A stretch of DNA of 59,399 bases, the filler included, from Sphacelaria rigidula (taxonomy: Eukaryota): assembly GCA_964200075.2 (NCBI GenBank). It is 6 parts of 6 records of this genome, joined end to end, with 100 filler letters (N's around TTAATTAATTAA, not from the genome) between each part and the next. Parts side by side here need not be neighbours in the genome. Positions count along the whole stretch, not along the records: positions 1 to 9,818 come from CAXNAA020007697.1; positions 9,919 to 19,736 come from CAXNAA020007698.1; 4 more parts are not named here. One strand, written 5' to 3'. This document shows positions 1 through 12,521 of the stretch, piece by piece. Position numbers and translations under genes: made by a program. How positions within the stretch are numbered: position 1 is the stretch's first letter; each line of letters starts with the position of its first letter. Below the pieces are notes generated by a model that made no database searches, had not been told where the DNA came from, and saw nothing but the letters and a program-made list of their open reading frames with translations.

Positions 1-539
1 ATAAGGGGCTCCTAACAATTCTAATCTCAGAAATTATTTCTGTACCCCTACCGTAGCATCACTCTGAGGTGGCGTCGCAGATGATACGCCCCGAAAAAAA
101 CATGAAGTATGAGCGAATACTTATGACGTAATGTACTCTTCTTAATTCGGGACGGAGGAAGTGTACACCAAAACCTTTTCGCCAGATTGAGAGTGAGCAC
201 CATAATTCTCTCTATCTCCCAACTTTATCAAACTTTCATCTTACGTGGGGGCTTTCTCCCCTGTACCTGTGTCATGTGCTTACAGCTACACGTCGATTAC
301 CTACTCAGGGGGTATCGGAGGCTTCAGTGGCAAGCTACTACGGAAAGCATGTAAGGCCTGGAGGGGCATTTCGGCAGTGAAATTGTTTCAGGCATTGATT
401 TACCATTTATGGGAATCTGAATTTTTAGAACCCCGTGCTTGACGAGGCCAATGCAATGAAAATGTGCACTGGATTCATCCCATTGCGAAGAGCTTTTATT
501 CCGGCCGCTCCTCGGCTGGCTCGGCAAAGTATTGAGGCC

Positions 540-724
540 GTGCCTTGGAACATCATTTTCCGATCGAAAAAGTGCGATGGAAAACAAGAATTCCGATCCG
601 ATGGACAGGTCGTGATTTCAACTATCTTCAACATAAATTACGATGGTTGAAATCCCGACCCATCAGATCTGACTTTTCGTTTTCCACTGCACGTTTTCGA
701 TCGAAAAATCATGTGCTAAGACAC
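540..724. repeat. Foldback/palindromic MITE-like hairpin (~85-bp arms)
   Basis: cattttccgatcgaaaaagtgc...ggtcgtgatttcaactatc is mirrored by gatggttgaaatcccgacc...gcacgttttcgatcgaaaaat. Confidence 0.75.
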
Positions 725-1498
725 CCCCTTATTCCCCAAGAGATAACAGTCGATGGATGGATAAGGATTTCCGATTCTGTGGGTTCTAACACTCTTTAAC
801 CAAATATTGACTCTCAATATGGCGAAGATGTCATTACACGCACCAGGTAAAAGCAAAGGAACATTTCAAGAATCTCCTGATAACACACATCCAGCTGCAT
901 GCCTTCTTGCAGCTGCTCTTTCCAGGAAAATATCATACACTTGTACCAAAATTGCCACAACGACCCCATTTTCTGTTTTATATGCCATTTCCACAAAAAC
1001 CAAACGACGGACACCCCCATTTTACCGGCTCTCACCACACCAACTTACGAATATGTCAAGGCATGACGCTGAACATCATTACCATTTTTCACCCTCTCAG
1101 GGGGCCTAGAGTTCCAGGCAGGGGTATCACCACTAGCCGGATTCCCCCGCCCCCCCCACCGATCACAAGCACACGATAACATCCCTCCTTCACCACACTC
1201 AGGTCCCGTGTACATCACGAACCACGGGATTGCATGCCCGCGCCCCACGTTTTACTTCGTGCTAGCTCAAACCGTACGGTATCGCGCACAGCTTCGACGA
1301 CGCGGACGAATAAAGAAAGGGGACGTGCATCAGTCACGCATGATTCGAATCTACGTTGCTTCATTATCAAACCGCAAACAGGGGGTGCGCATTTCTTAAA
1401 ACGTGCTCTCCACACTCTTCTACTATGACCGCACAAAGGCCTGCCGACGTGCCAGTCACACTGTGGTTGTATGTATCCCGGTAAAAGCCGTCAGTCAG

Positions 1499-1699
1499 TC
1501 AACCTTGATTGAATCTACGTTCCGCAGCGTCCGCTGCAAGCTTTCGCTTGTGTGCATTGGCGCAGTCTGTCGTGCAGTAGGTGAATTCAAATCTCCTGAA
1601 AGCTTTCTTCTCGATCAAACCCTTGCCGCAGGAGTCGCAGTGGCCCTTGGCTGCCAATCCTCGCGCTTTCCTCTCCTCTGCTTCGGCCTTTTCCTTCGC
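1499..1699 (-). CDS. ANKZF1: ANKZF1 exon 5 (Vms1-associated treble clef) with stop
   Basis: TTTTAG|GCG acceptor; GHCDSCGKGLIEKKAFRRFEFTYCTTDCANAHKRKLAADAAERRFNQG*. Confidence 0.9.
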   Translation of the reverse strand, partial: AKEKAEAEERKARGLAAKGHCDSCGKGLIEKKAFRRFEFTYCTTDCANAHKRKLAADAAERRFNQG

Positions 1700-4600
1700 C
1701 TAAAACGCGTCACGACAACAGAACGCGGTGTTGAAGGGCGAACCGGTGAATCGGTGTCGATGAAGCAATCGCGCAGAAAAGTCTACGCCCCCCGTGATCA
1801 TCCTTGGCACGAGAAGAAAAACAAATGCCGCGTACCGGGGCGAGGTAACGGTACCATATAGCCTTACAAAAAAGGCGGGGAAAACGTGCGTGCGGTCGGA
1901 AAGCACCCAAGCGGCGGCTGACCCCGCTGCCTACTCCTTAATGAAACACGGTAGAGAATACACATATCAAATCACCGCTCTGGTTCTAGGAACTTTTTTA
2001 AAACTCAGGGCTGCATTTCTTGAACAATATATACATACACATAGCTACGTATCTTCCAATGCAGACCTCACGCTTTACACCGTCCGCTAGTATATAATTA
2101 GGCGGGCCTTTGCCCTGTCAACGTGAATATGTAACGATATACGTCATGCAGTGAGTCAGTACCTTGCGCTGTCGCTCGCGCTCTTCGGCGTTGGCTTTCT
2201 CCTCCTTCTTGCGCTGCTTTGCACGCTTTCGCTTTTCCTTTTCCTTCTCTTTAAGCTTCTCCTTCTTTCGCTGCTCTAGCTCCTGCAAATATGGGGACGC
2301 AACAACAATCGCGAATGCTCGCGCGAGTGAAAATCAACCTTTTGTTGATCGTTTACCGAAAAAACTCACTCTGGATGGACCACTCCGGATGAGCCAGTCA
2401 CTCGCAGAGCCCACGACACGCGACCCTTCTCACAAGAAAAGCGACGACGGTGTGTGAAACACTCTTCCGGCGGGGAAACGAAAACCACACGCTTTGAAAT
2501 GCACCACCACCGACGACCAGAGCACGCATGCCGCGCAAGTGGATGGGGAGAGGAAGGGTTTCCTGTTGCCAAATACTGCAGGTGGCTCCTGCTACACGAG
2601 GCAAGACCTCGACGACATATCGTGACTTCGACGACCCTGCAAGGCATATACCACAATCGAACGCACCTCTGTCAACGGCTCGGGAACCCTCCCTGTGGCC
2701 CAGTCCCATCGTTCCGGCTGTGCAGCTCGCGCTCGCCGAAAGGCATCTCGAGTTTCTTTGTTAGCCGCTAGCAGGTAAGGCACCCTGCCCCGCACGTCTT
2801 CCGCTAGCGGGCTAGCACCACGCTCAAGCAATGTCGCGATCACTGCCGAGTGCCCACCTTCAGAAGCCACGTGCAGCGGAGACAGAAGCCTTTCAAGCCC
2901 ATCAGGACGATTGATGACCTCTCCGACCGTCCACCCTACCATGCTACCGTCCCCCGTGCCAACCTGGCCTGGTATTGGAGCACCTTCGTCGTCGACTGTG
3001 GGTGGCACCGGCAATGCTACACCCCCGCTGCCCGTACCCTCGTTGTTGTTCGTCAATTCTAGACGGTCCAAGAGGGCTACGACAGCTGTCACGTCGCCTT
3101 GCTCGCATGCCTCGATGAGCTCTTCCGAGGGCGGGCATGGGTCCGATTCCACAGCGTCCGCTGCTGTTCCTCCTGCAGTTCCCACTGCCCTCGTCCCTGA
3201 ATCGCTTTCACTTGCAAGTCCACTATCATCTCGGGCTACGCTCATTGAGGTGGGCTTGGGCGACTCCCTATCAAGTTCACCCACGCCTTCTTTGTTGCTG
3301 GCGCCTGGTGTGGCCGTTACTCTGCTGTCTTCGACATCGGCAGTCGCGGCTTCCGTGAAAGCAATGGACGTGATTTTCGTGTGCACCGCCACGACCTCCT
3401 CAAAAACCGGCCTGCCTACGGCGAACGGAATCGGTCGGAGGCGGTGGTCTTTCCTATCGAAGGGGGCGTCCTTGCCTTCGAACAAGAGCGCTCGCATGTT
3501 CTTCGGCACAGAAGTTAGGACCACGCAGCACGCCTGAACACGAGGATTGAGGTGCGGGGAGATTCAAACACACAGGGGGTTAGAGGGGGAATTGCAACTG
3601 GCGGCCGGTGGCTCCGTAAATGGATCCTGCGGCTGGCTGGACGAATAACTCCAGCTTGCAAGAATCATAACCAATTCCCCATAGCCAGCCCCCCTCGACA
3701 GCAAAGTAGGAAATCGAGCACCCAAAATCCCTTGTTTGTTGAGGACCGGCTCCCTGGTTGAACAAATGTTCAGGGCGAATAAGAGAAAACGAGCTACAAT
3801 AAATATTGCGGTGAGCTAACTACTTCACCGTCAGGGTCGACGGACCAGTTCATACTGCGGCGGCACTAGATAATGTCCACCTTGAGCGGCTCCTGCCAAT
3901 CCTTCAACAGTGCCCTCGCATCCTCTCGTAAAGATTGCTCTCCGTAGCGGCGAAGGGTTGCTCCTGCTGACTGTGCCTTTCTACCGCCGCTGTCGTAGGA
4001 GGATTGAGACCCACCGCGTTTGGCCCGAATTGTATACCTGCTTGGCATGCGCCAAATCGGATGGTACGTGGTTGGAGTTCAATGAGGGTGGAGAAATGGG
4101 AAAGCATATAGACCGAGCGGTTTCCGGATGCTCACCAGTAGCTGATTGTCCAGCGTCGTGGCGCTGAGGGCAAAAAGGTAACTCGACAATCCAGCCCTTT
4201 CAAACTGTTCTGAATAAAAAAAAACGAATTTCTGACCCAATTTCTACCCAATCTCCGCATGCTTCAAATCGTAGTAACCACCATCAGCTGGATAATCTAA
4301 GAGGAAATATAGATTTGAAAGCGGCTACTACGGGATCGAGTTTTGCCCCAACCGTGGTACTATATTTCGGTGATGTGGGGCTTTGGTGTCGTCGGGTTTC
4401 CACTGATGATATGCACAAAAGACCCAGAATGTATTCTCACGGTTTCCCTCATATATGTCGTAGAAAAGCGCACATCTCAGGGGTCCCAGAAGGGCATGTG
4501 GCTCCCCAGGACCCTGGGACCCCGCAGAACTGGCGGAAGAGAAAAACCTCGAGATACCTCATTCATACAAAGTTTTGCAATGTTCAATGTTCCACCGTAA

Positions 4601-6570
4601 ATGCGTCCAAAATTTCAGAGTCTCACTCCAAGAATCGGAGTGAACATTTGCGGACGAGGGAATTTTGGGTCATGAGCGTGAACCAGCCTGTAAACAACCT
4701 ACAGTTATCATTGCGGTATGCTCGGGTGTCAAACAGAATTTCATACCTCTGGGTGACTGACAATTACAAGTCTATATCGACAAAGGGGGTGTTGACAGTT
4801 GTAAATCGAAGTAAATAGGCTGCCAGACGTATTCAGACTTCTACACATGAGGTTGGCTCACTCGTTGATATTTCTGGACTTAAAGCAAGGATGTACTCTA
4901 CTTTTCGAGGTATTGGTAAAGTATCAGTTGACCGTGGATCAGAAACATGTCAGTGAGGCGGCTGAGTTTCGGGGTTTCCTGGGAACCGCGCCGCACCCTG
5001 TATTTTGTAGGAGGGGATTACTGTAAGAGAAGACTAGTTCACGCAACCAGCTGTCCATTCATGTTGGGTCACGCCCGCCGCTGATGCAGCGGCTTGTAGG
5101 GACTTCTCTCTGCTTCGATAAGGGATTTTCGCCGATGTGTAAACAATATAAATGAGGGCAAAACAATGGGGGCAGGGACAGGTCTGGTGCCTGGACTGAG
5201 AGATATTCCCCCCCTTGCCCCGAGTGGAAAAAGCCTTCAGGTTACAATAACGCATCAGGGAGTGGTGGACATCGTTGTTTATTGAGTAGTACGGTGTTGC
5301 CGCGCCCCGGTGGTGTAATGGTCCGACTGCCGCCATTGGGGTGGAGAGAACGAGGGTTAGATTCCCGATGCGTTTGGGTTTTTCTTCGTCATGTCTGATT
5401 TCCACCGTGGAAAGCATGAGAACGTCAGTAAACAGAGTAGTCAACTGAGTTCGTTTGACGTGAGTTGACGCGGTGCGGGAGTGCTGACCCAATCCGCGAG
5501 ACCAAAATGCAAGTCGGGGGAGAGACGGGCTGATCCCTTGAGACTATGCACTCATCCCGAGGAAGGAGAGGGGTTCAAAGTGCGACAAAAAAAAAAGTGT
5601 CGCCTGGCCACGCAGTACTTCAACTATAACAACTAGCTCACCGTTTCAAGACCTTATGGCATACCACCGACTGCCCTTCGAACACCGCCGCAGCAAATTT
5701 GCCGCTTTGCACGATCAACACCGCCCACAGCCGATTATTCGCGCCCTCCGCCTCCTCTCCCAGCAGAGCGTCCAGCCGCTCCCAGGGATCGCTGCCCCTC
5801 TCCATGCCAAGCGCAGCAGAGCTCAGGGAAAAACACCAAGTGGAGCCCGTAGGCGTGAATACCAGCCTTGGTCCTTCGTGTAGGCCGAAGTCGACCTTGA
5901 CGTTTCCTCGCGTGGGCGGGGCGTCCCCCCGTATTGCTCCATCACCGACCCCAGGCGCCGTTCTTGACACCGTTTCCTCAATCTCGTCTACCGAAGCTGC
6001 GCGCGCCAAAGCTAGGCCGTCGGCGATGTCTCCTTCGTCGAAAGTGTCCGCAACCTCAGTTGTCACTCCAACTGTTGATCGCTCCGTTTCGCTGTCACTA
6101 CCACTATCAGAATCTTCTTGTGAATCTTTATCCCCACCATCATCACCCGCAAAGTTTCCCTCGCCTGCCGTGCCCTGCACAAAAGCCCTTGTGTCCAGCT
6201 CCTGTTGCAATATAGGACGCTGGCCCGAAAGCTGCCTCCGTAAGTTAGTCATGTGGAGCTTGGACTTGAAGTGGGCCAGCTGTGCTGGCCTGTCATCAAA
6301 GGATAGACCGCAGCGCAAGCACGTCAGGCCACGCTTGCTTCCCGCACTCTCTGCGGTAGCAGCAGCTGCTGGCGTGCCAACAGCGGACGGCCCGTTCTTT
6401 GTAGGAGAGGCAGGCGAGAGACGTCCCAGCAAGCCGGGCGGAATGTCAAATATGGAGAGAACCACCTTGTCCTGCTGCGGTCTGTTGGAACGTCCTCCTG
6501 CGGCCCTGGCGTCTATAAAAGGCTTGAGCAAAGCATCGAGCTCTGACAACCCCACGGAAGAGCTCGCCAT
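1499..6570 (-). CDS. ANKZF1: ANKZF1/Vms1 peptidyl-tRNA nuclease (ribosome quality control); join 6570-5642, 4037-3881, 3533-2667, 2282-2163, 1699-1499; ~757 aa
   Basis: Five phase-compatible GT-AG exons (929+157+867+120+201 = 2274 nt) ending in TGA. Domain order: C2H2 finger (CLRC...HFKSKLH), VLRF1 domain (SGKFAAAVF; RYTIRAKRGGSQ...SAGATLRRYGE), ankyrin repeats (SPLHVASEGGH), coiled coil, C-terminal treble clef (CDSC...YCTTDC). ATG at 6570 is the preferred start but is not proven. Confidence 0.92.
2163..2282 (-). CDS. ANKZF1: ANKZF1 exon 4 (K/E/R coiled coil)
   Basis: TGCAG|GAG ... AAG|GTACTG, 120 nt, ELEQRKKEKLKEKEKEKRKRAKQRKKEEK. Confidence 0.88.
2667..3533 (-). CDS. ANKZF1: ANKZF1 exon 3 (end of VLRF1, ankyrin repeats)
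   Basis: TTCAG|GCG acceptor, GAG|GTGCGT donor; RLRPIPFAVGRP, SPLHVA, PERWDW..GRVPEPLT. Confidence 0.9.
3881..4037 (-). CDS. ANKZF1: ANKZF1 exon 2 (catalytic GGSQ loop)
   Basis: CAG|G acceptor, AAG|GTGGAC donor; YTIRAKRGGSQSSYDSGGRKAQSAGATLRRYGEQ. Confidence 0.9.
5642..6570 (-). CDS. ANKZF1: ANKZF1 exon 1 (C2H2 finger, acidic linker, start of VLRF1 domain)
   Basis: Lies within ORF 5638..6840; donor CG|GTGAGC, phase 2. Confidence 0.88.
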
Positions 6571-6895
6571 AACACAGGCAATGGTCATGCAACAAGCTAT
6601 TCGAGGATGTGCTGTGTGTAAAGCACGCGAGCACTCCTTCTGCAGCAGCTGGGTCAGCACAGAACCACCAGGAAAATGGAGAACCGGCGGCGGGTTCCCA
6701 CCTTTTTTAGTTCTGTTTCCCAACCGGTACAAGATTCGCCGCGTGTCCTTGGCCCACATAGCACATACAGCAGTACAACGCACCATACCACTCGAACACT
6801 CGAACGCACACGACAGGAATGGCTCCGCTGTAGCGTCCAAGTCGACTGCGGAACTGTTCTTCGTTTGTACAATTTCCTCGAACGCACACGTAAAG

Positions 6896-7097
6896 CCGGT
6901 CGCCCCGGCGGTTCAGTTGGTAACCTTGATACCTTCTGACGGTGGGGTCGGGGGTTCAAATCTCGGAGCGATCTGGGATTTTTCATCACACCACCGCCGG
7001 TCGCCCCGGTGGCTCAGTTGGTAATCTCGAAACCTTCTGACGGTTGAGTAGGAGTAGGGGGGTTTAATTCCTGGAACGATCTAGGATTTTTCTCACA
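6896..7097 (+). ncRNA. Two tandem tRNA-derived units (SINE head or tRNA pseudogenes), ~100 bp each
   Basis: Each unit has GCCCCGG, an A-box (CGGTTCAGTTGG / TGGCTCAGTTGG), a B-box-like motif (GGTTCAAATCT / GGTTTAATTCC) and a T5 run; no complete cloverleaf. Confidence 0.6.
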
Positions 7098-9615
7098 TGC
7101 CCAACAGTGGAGAGCGACTATGTCGTGGGTACACAAAATCCCTCCCAGCGGTCGACGAGGGAAAGGGACTGCTGAACCCCTCTCGCGATAGAAAATAAAG
7201 GCAAGCACCGCAGAAGGAAGGTGGGGTACTAAAAACAAACAAGAAAGAAAAAACTCCTCAGGGCCTCGACTCTCGAGTTCGTTGCTTTTGTTCGTGGCGT
7301 TCCTCGTGTTTAGTCCGCCCCAATTCTGCACAGGTGGGAACAAGACAGGAGCACAGCAGTTCAGGCACTGTCCAGCGCAGATCAAGCCGTGTTGATCGAG
7401 GGCTCGAATGCAGCGCAGCGCAGCGACAATAACTATATAGAAATGATGTGTGGGCAGCGCCTGTTCGTACTACGGAGACGAACCAGCCAACAGACACACA
7501 CCATCAACTTTTCAACTGTCACTGTGCAGACAGCACAGCGTGCCGACCAACATAAGTTGAACTTTCCATCGAGGCGAACAGAAGGACAACGAAGCACGTC
7601 GAAGGTTCTGATAGTAGAGGTTTTATTTCAACAACTGTACAGCACCTCGAATCGGTCTCGTCGTGGACTTCGTGGGCGTACGTACTATACCGCCTGTACT
7701 CCTTGTCGCCGATACCCTCTTCTTCATAATACTAGCACAGGTCATTGAGGGTGACCACCACAATCTTGCACCAGTCTCAGTGCCGCAGGCAGCACTCCAA
7801 ATTTCGTGATTTCCGCCTCGCCTGGGACAAGCTCCGAGGGGAGAGAGGACGACGAGAGAGGGACCCTGCTTCCCCTCATCGCTGAAGAATATTCGCGGAA
7901 CAATCTTGTGGCTATTTTCGAATGCCATGAGAGCGTGACCGTTCCGGGCTTTTCCGAACCGTTGTGAACCATTCTAGTTCAGACAAACGTAGTATACACT
8001 CGCATGAATACTGTAGAACCAATCGTTGTCCCTCTGTGTATGCTGACCATCAAAGCTATTACAATAAGCGTGTCAAGCTTATCATCAGAGCAAACCTGGA
8101 AATTTCCAGGGCACGTAATCGGATGCGATGGTGCTTGCGCAATTCCTCAGCTCTGGATCGCGGATTTGAAGGCTGCAAAAGAGATATGCGCAACAGGCAA
8201 TGAAGGTGATTCCCGGCTGCTACTACTTCGTTTTTTTCTTCTTCCAGGCCGCTGCTACTGCTGCGCCAACAACATCGCGCCCAACGCCCATTCCTTCTTT
8301 GATTCTTAGCAGCGACGACCGAGAACCTTTATCATTTTATAAAGCAAATTGCCTGGCGTCCACTTGCTCTCTCAAAGCAACCGCCGATTGCATAGTAGAG
8401 GACATTTCCCCCCAGAAATTTCGCGTGTGCAACACCTTCGCCCAGTATAGCCTCGCATGGCCTACAGACTTCTGATTGTATAGTACATATCGCCTACTGC
8501 GCGAGTTCTGGTATATAAACCGGCCACGACATGAACACGGTGCCGGTCCACCAACCAATTCCCCGGTGGCACAAAAGAGGATGACCGGTGCCCACCACGG
8601 GTCGATCACGCGGTCGGAACATTTTTTTGCTGTAAAATACTCGTATAACACACGCCTGTGCGCCTGGCGACGTGCTCCGCAGTGTACCTCGAATCAATCA
8701 ATTTATGAGCATACCGCGAAAAATAAGTGGCTGGCTTGTGCAGTATAGTAAGTACTTCAAGCTATGTTCCGAGTATTCTTCTTCTGGCCGTTCGGTGAAG
8801 TCTTGATCCTATCACGTGTACCGTTGCGTAGTGCCTTCTGCCAGCGGCTTGTAGTCGCGGAGAAAAGTTTCGGGCGGGCGAAGTAGACTTCATGTGAAAA
8901 CATTTGTCTGCATAAAATGTCGACGTTCCGGTCTACTATCGAATCAAGTAAGAGTAATAGCTGCTTTCATCGTGTATAGCCAAACAATTTTGCGGCACTG
9001 TTCGCCGTGCATCGTACATGCAAACCTGCCGGGACACGGGTGACGACGTATCGTTCGAGCTTCGTACGGCAAAGCACGGTACAGCACACTCTGCTATGAG
9101 TTTTTTGCCTGGCGTGAAGTGCAAGAAATGACGGGATTAATGCCGAGAAATATGATGGAAAATGGCGAGAATGGATCAGCCCTTGGGGGCTTCCCCCCGC
9201 CGAACTGCCCCTTCCTTCCTCTCGTGGAGAGCTTTGCAAACCCGCACTTGATTCATTTCTTCGAAACGCGCACCTTCTTGAAAAAGCTACCTCACACAAC
9301 TACGCCGTAACACACGGGTTGGGGCAGTTTCAGGTACTGTGTGTCCTAGGTGAGAGCATTTTCAAACTGCACGCCATCATAACGGTTTGTGATGGAGCAT
9401 ACCTCCCTTCCCCGCAAGGCCATGTATTTCTCAACCTCGATATCATTGTTGGGATGCAATATTCACACGCTCTGAAGAGTCTCCCACCCGAAATATCTTA
9501 CAGACACCATGTTTCCGTTTACACAACGTTCGGTAGCACGCGGCGGGCGTACTTATCGAGATGCTGAGGGTTCGGAACAAGGGTGCCTGAATACGGACCC
9601 CCCCCTCCCCCCCCC

Positions 9616-9818
9616 ATGGTGGGACACCCATGAGGCAGTGCGTAAGGCGTGGCTGTCTCTGGGAGTGGTCATCCCAGAAAATGAAGTAACCCATTGGAGG
9701 CTGTCATTCGAATCCACATAATCAGTAGGCTTCGGGCCGAACAATCTTAGCAGGATGCAGCTCACCCTTCATGCGACTCGCCGAACACGCCACAGCGCTT
9801 CACGCTTGGTGATTGATT
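9616..9818 (+). mobile_element. 5'-truncated copy of the C-tailed non-autonomous retroposon
   Basis: Matches 59074-59279; begins right after a C-run and is cut by the scaffold end. Confidence 0.8.
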
Positions 9819-9918
9819 NNNNNNNNNNNNNNNNNNNNNNNNNNNNNNNNNNNNNNNNNNNNTTAATTAATTAANNNNNNNNNNNNNNNNNNNNNNNNNN
9901 NNNNNNNNNNNNNNNNNN
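9819..9918. other. Artificial 100-bp scaffold linker (N44-TTAATTAATTAA-N44); also at 19737-19836, 29654-29753, 39570-39669, 49485-49584
   Basis: Identical linker with stops in all six frames, separating pieces sorted by length. Confidence 0.97.
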
Positions 9919-10008
9919 TTCGGGGTGGTTCTTCTCGGCTTTGTAGGGATGCGAGGTCAGTGGTCTGATGACTATGGCAAGCATGATCATGAGTACACCC
10001 CCCCCCCT
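9919..10008 (+). mobile_element. 3' end of the C-tailed retroposon
   Basis: ggctttgtagggatgcgaggtcagtggtc...catgagtacaCCCCCCCCCC. Confidence 0.8.
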
Positions 10009-10879
10009 TTACCTCGAATGTCCAGTAGCAGGTACTTTTGTACTAGTTTCGATTTCTTAGCTGGCGTGCAGTTGTATTGCAATCATGGCTGCATTCGTAG
10101 CGGAGTGGTGAATGTGAGACCAGCCATCGACAACATCAATGGTGGTCCATTTTTCCTGGGTCAGGGATTTGTACTTGGGCCAGGGATTGGGTACAGATGA
10201 CCGGATGCAGGTACTATTGAAGTGAACAGTCATTGCTTACATATGGCGAGTGATGCTACGGTGGAGATTGCACTTTTAGCAAAAAGGGTTCGCGGGGTTG
10301 CTCGGGGCGTTCGAGGGGCCATTTTGTGAATAGGCATAATTTTTGCTTGAAAAAAACTGAAAATGATGCCGATTCACGAAAAGACTCCTGCGTGCAAACA
10401 CCGTGTTTCTGGGAGTCCGGTCCCCAAGGGGTTAGGGTGGCACCGCAAGCCCCATAAATTTGTACTCCGAAAGAAGGAGAGCCCGAGAATCAAAAGTGCA
10501 ACTCCTACCGTAGCATTGCTCTGGAGGGGAATAAGAGCATGGTTATCTCCCGGGGGTGACGTGTAATGGCAATGACGCACGACAGCCCCGTCATACGCAC
10601 CATAGCGAGTCATACATCTCGGTGCGTAGCGCACACGTAGTTTGGACGAGGGGCGTGCGTCGAATTATCCCTGTGTTTTTCATGTTCGCAGCAACTAGGC
10701 ATCCCTTCTCGATTCCCATCCTTTTTGGCTCTCGATTTGTGGGTCTTCAGTTCAGATATAGCATAATATAGTGGATGGTGCGTGGTCTTCAACATCTTTT
10801 TCGTCTTGCCTTTTGCCCTTGACCGGCGGAGCAGAGTTTCTTTACAACGCACGTGGTGCAAGGCGTATTTGTGCCTCTT

Positions 10880-12338
10880 ATGCGATTATGCTCGCGTGTG
10901 ACGCATTGAGAACCGAGTACTTATGGGGTTAGCTTATGCACGTCGCTTATCATTTGATTTTGAGATCCAAAAGAGTGTGCTTTTGGGGATGGATATGATT
11001 GACATTGATGTTCTTGAGTGCACTATAACCACGGCACACAGAGAGATTGGGTTGGCAAGGGCACGGACGGGCGGCAGCCAGGGAAACGCCCTCGTTCCCG
11101 CCGTCGCTAGCGGCAGCGGAGGAAGCGCGGGCGCCCAAAACGGACGACAATCGTGGGGATCGAGGCACCGTCAACAACATACGGAGGTATTATGTAAGTA
11201 CCATAATACCAACCACCGCGATGACTCTTACTGTCCTGCTCGTCGTGGGCAACACCAACATCAAGAGAGTCGCGGTGGTGAGGGGGTGGAATACCCGATC
11301 ATGCCAGCATCAATAGCATGCGGAGACGTTCGGAGGCCACGGGGTCACTGGTGAATGGACGGCAGCAACTGCAGTTGCAGGCGCAACCACAGCAGGAGCG
11401 AAATGGAAGGAGAGGACCGGGGCGTGGCTCCAGCCCAAGGTATGGTGACTCTGGACGGGGTGGTATATATTTCGACGCACCTCCCTGTGGTCAGCTTCTG
11501 TACTATGAATCACCGCCGGGGGGGTGCGACTATTCAGATTACCCAGTGAGTTTGTACCAACCGTTCGGGAATGAGCCTCCCATTCATCACGCTTATCCCA
11601 GAAAACGTTGCACGAGGTGTGGGGAGCTTAGGCACACGCACACATACTGTCCATGGTGTGTGGTGGATCGACCGCAGACCCAACCCACCTAGATAATGTC
11701 CCTCATCATCTCATCATGCATCACGCCGTGCAACACGCCTCTCGACCTCCACCTTGGCCACACTCGTACGGTGAGGCCAATGCTTTGTAATCATACGGTG
11801 AGCCCCACAACAACTGAAGCGACGACACCCACTGGTACGGCCCGGAAGAGGACGGATGCACTTGGGAGGGAAGCATCAGCAACTTCAACAGAACAGACTT
11901 CGCCCATTGCGTGCACTTGCCCAACCCAGCACAGTAAAGTACAGTCAGTCACAACTCCAACAGCCACTTCAACAGCAACTACAACAGCAAATCACCGATG
12001 CCGTTAACACCACCAACACCTGCGTATTAGGGCACACGCAGGTGTAGACAGTGTTCATATAGCAGTACAACACTGTGTGTGTTTGCGTGTGCGTCTGTTT
12101 GTGTGTGTTGTCGTCCCATTTATTCTGAACGCCAGTCTACACCTTTTGACTACAAAAACATGCATTGTCTCCTCCTATCTATGCTTTCGCAGCAGTCCTG
12201 GTACTTTCGGGGCAGGGCTAACGTGTCTTGAGCGGCGTTTGGTCCTGAATGCATGTCACATCGTGGCAACTTTACCCCCTCTTTTACTCCATGCGCTGCT
12301 ACTCTACCGTGAATATATTCGATTTGTTTTCATCAGCA
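10880..12338 (+). mobile_element. Degenerate LTR-retroelement gag remnant with a possible downstream LTR (12043-12338)
   Basis: YARRLSFDFEIQK..., G/Q-rich linker, perfect CX2CX4HX4C knuckle (CTRCGELRHTHTYC) near 11610-11650; a TG...CA-bounded segment follows. No pol seen. Confidence 0.6.
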
Positions 12339-12521
12339 GCTGAATACAACGGTATGGAATAGTCAGCGTATCATCGTTCAATACCGACCACAGTCTACAT
12401 TCAGGGCAAGAGTAGCACACCTCGAGCGTGCTTTGATCTTGCACGCATCTCGCATCATCTCAACTAGACCTTTTTTACTCTCTCTACACTGCTGGTCCTA
12501 CTTTACTCCAAACTCCAGTGC

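Noticed and set aside
6571-6840. N-terminal extension of ORF 5638..6840
   Set aside because: Called from a non-ATG start; the peptide looks non-coding, so ATG at 6570 (or 6588) is preferred
6902-6970. Functional tRNA gene
   Set aside because: Anticodon and T stems do not form properly
5699-7024. 441-aa plus-strand ORF (also 2911..3537)
   Set aside because: Antisense shadows of GC-rich ANKZF1 exons; S/P/A-rich with no domain
9863-9874. TTAATTAATTAA palindrome at regular ~9.9-kb spacing
   Set aside because: Assembly linker, not biological
9616-10008. One retroposon copy apparently continuing across the first linker
   Set aside because: The linker joins size-sorted scaffolds; both simply end in the same abundant repeat
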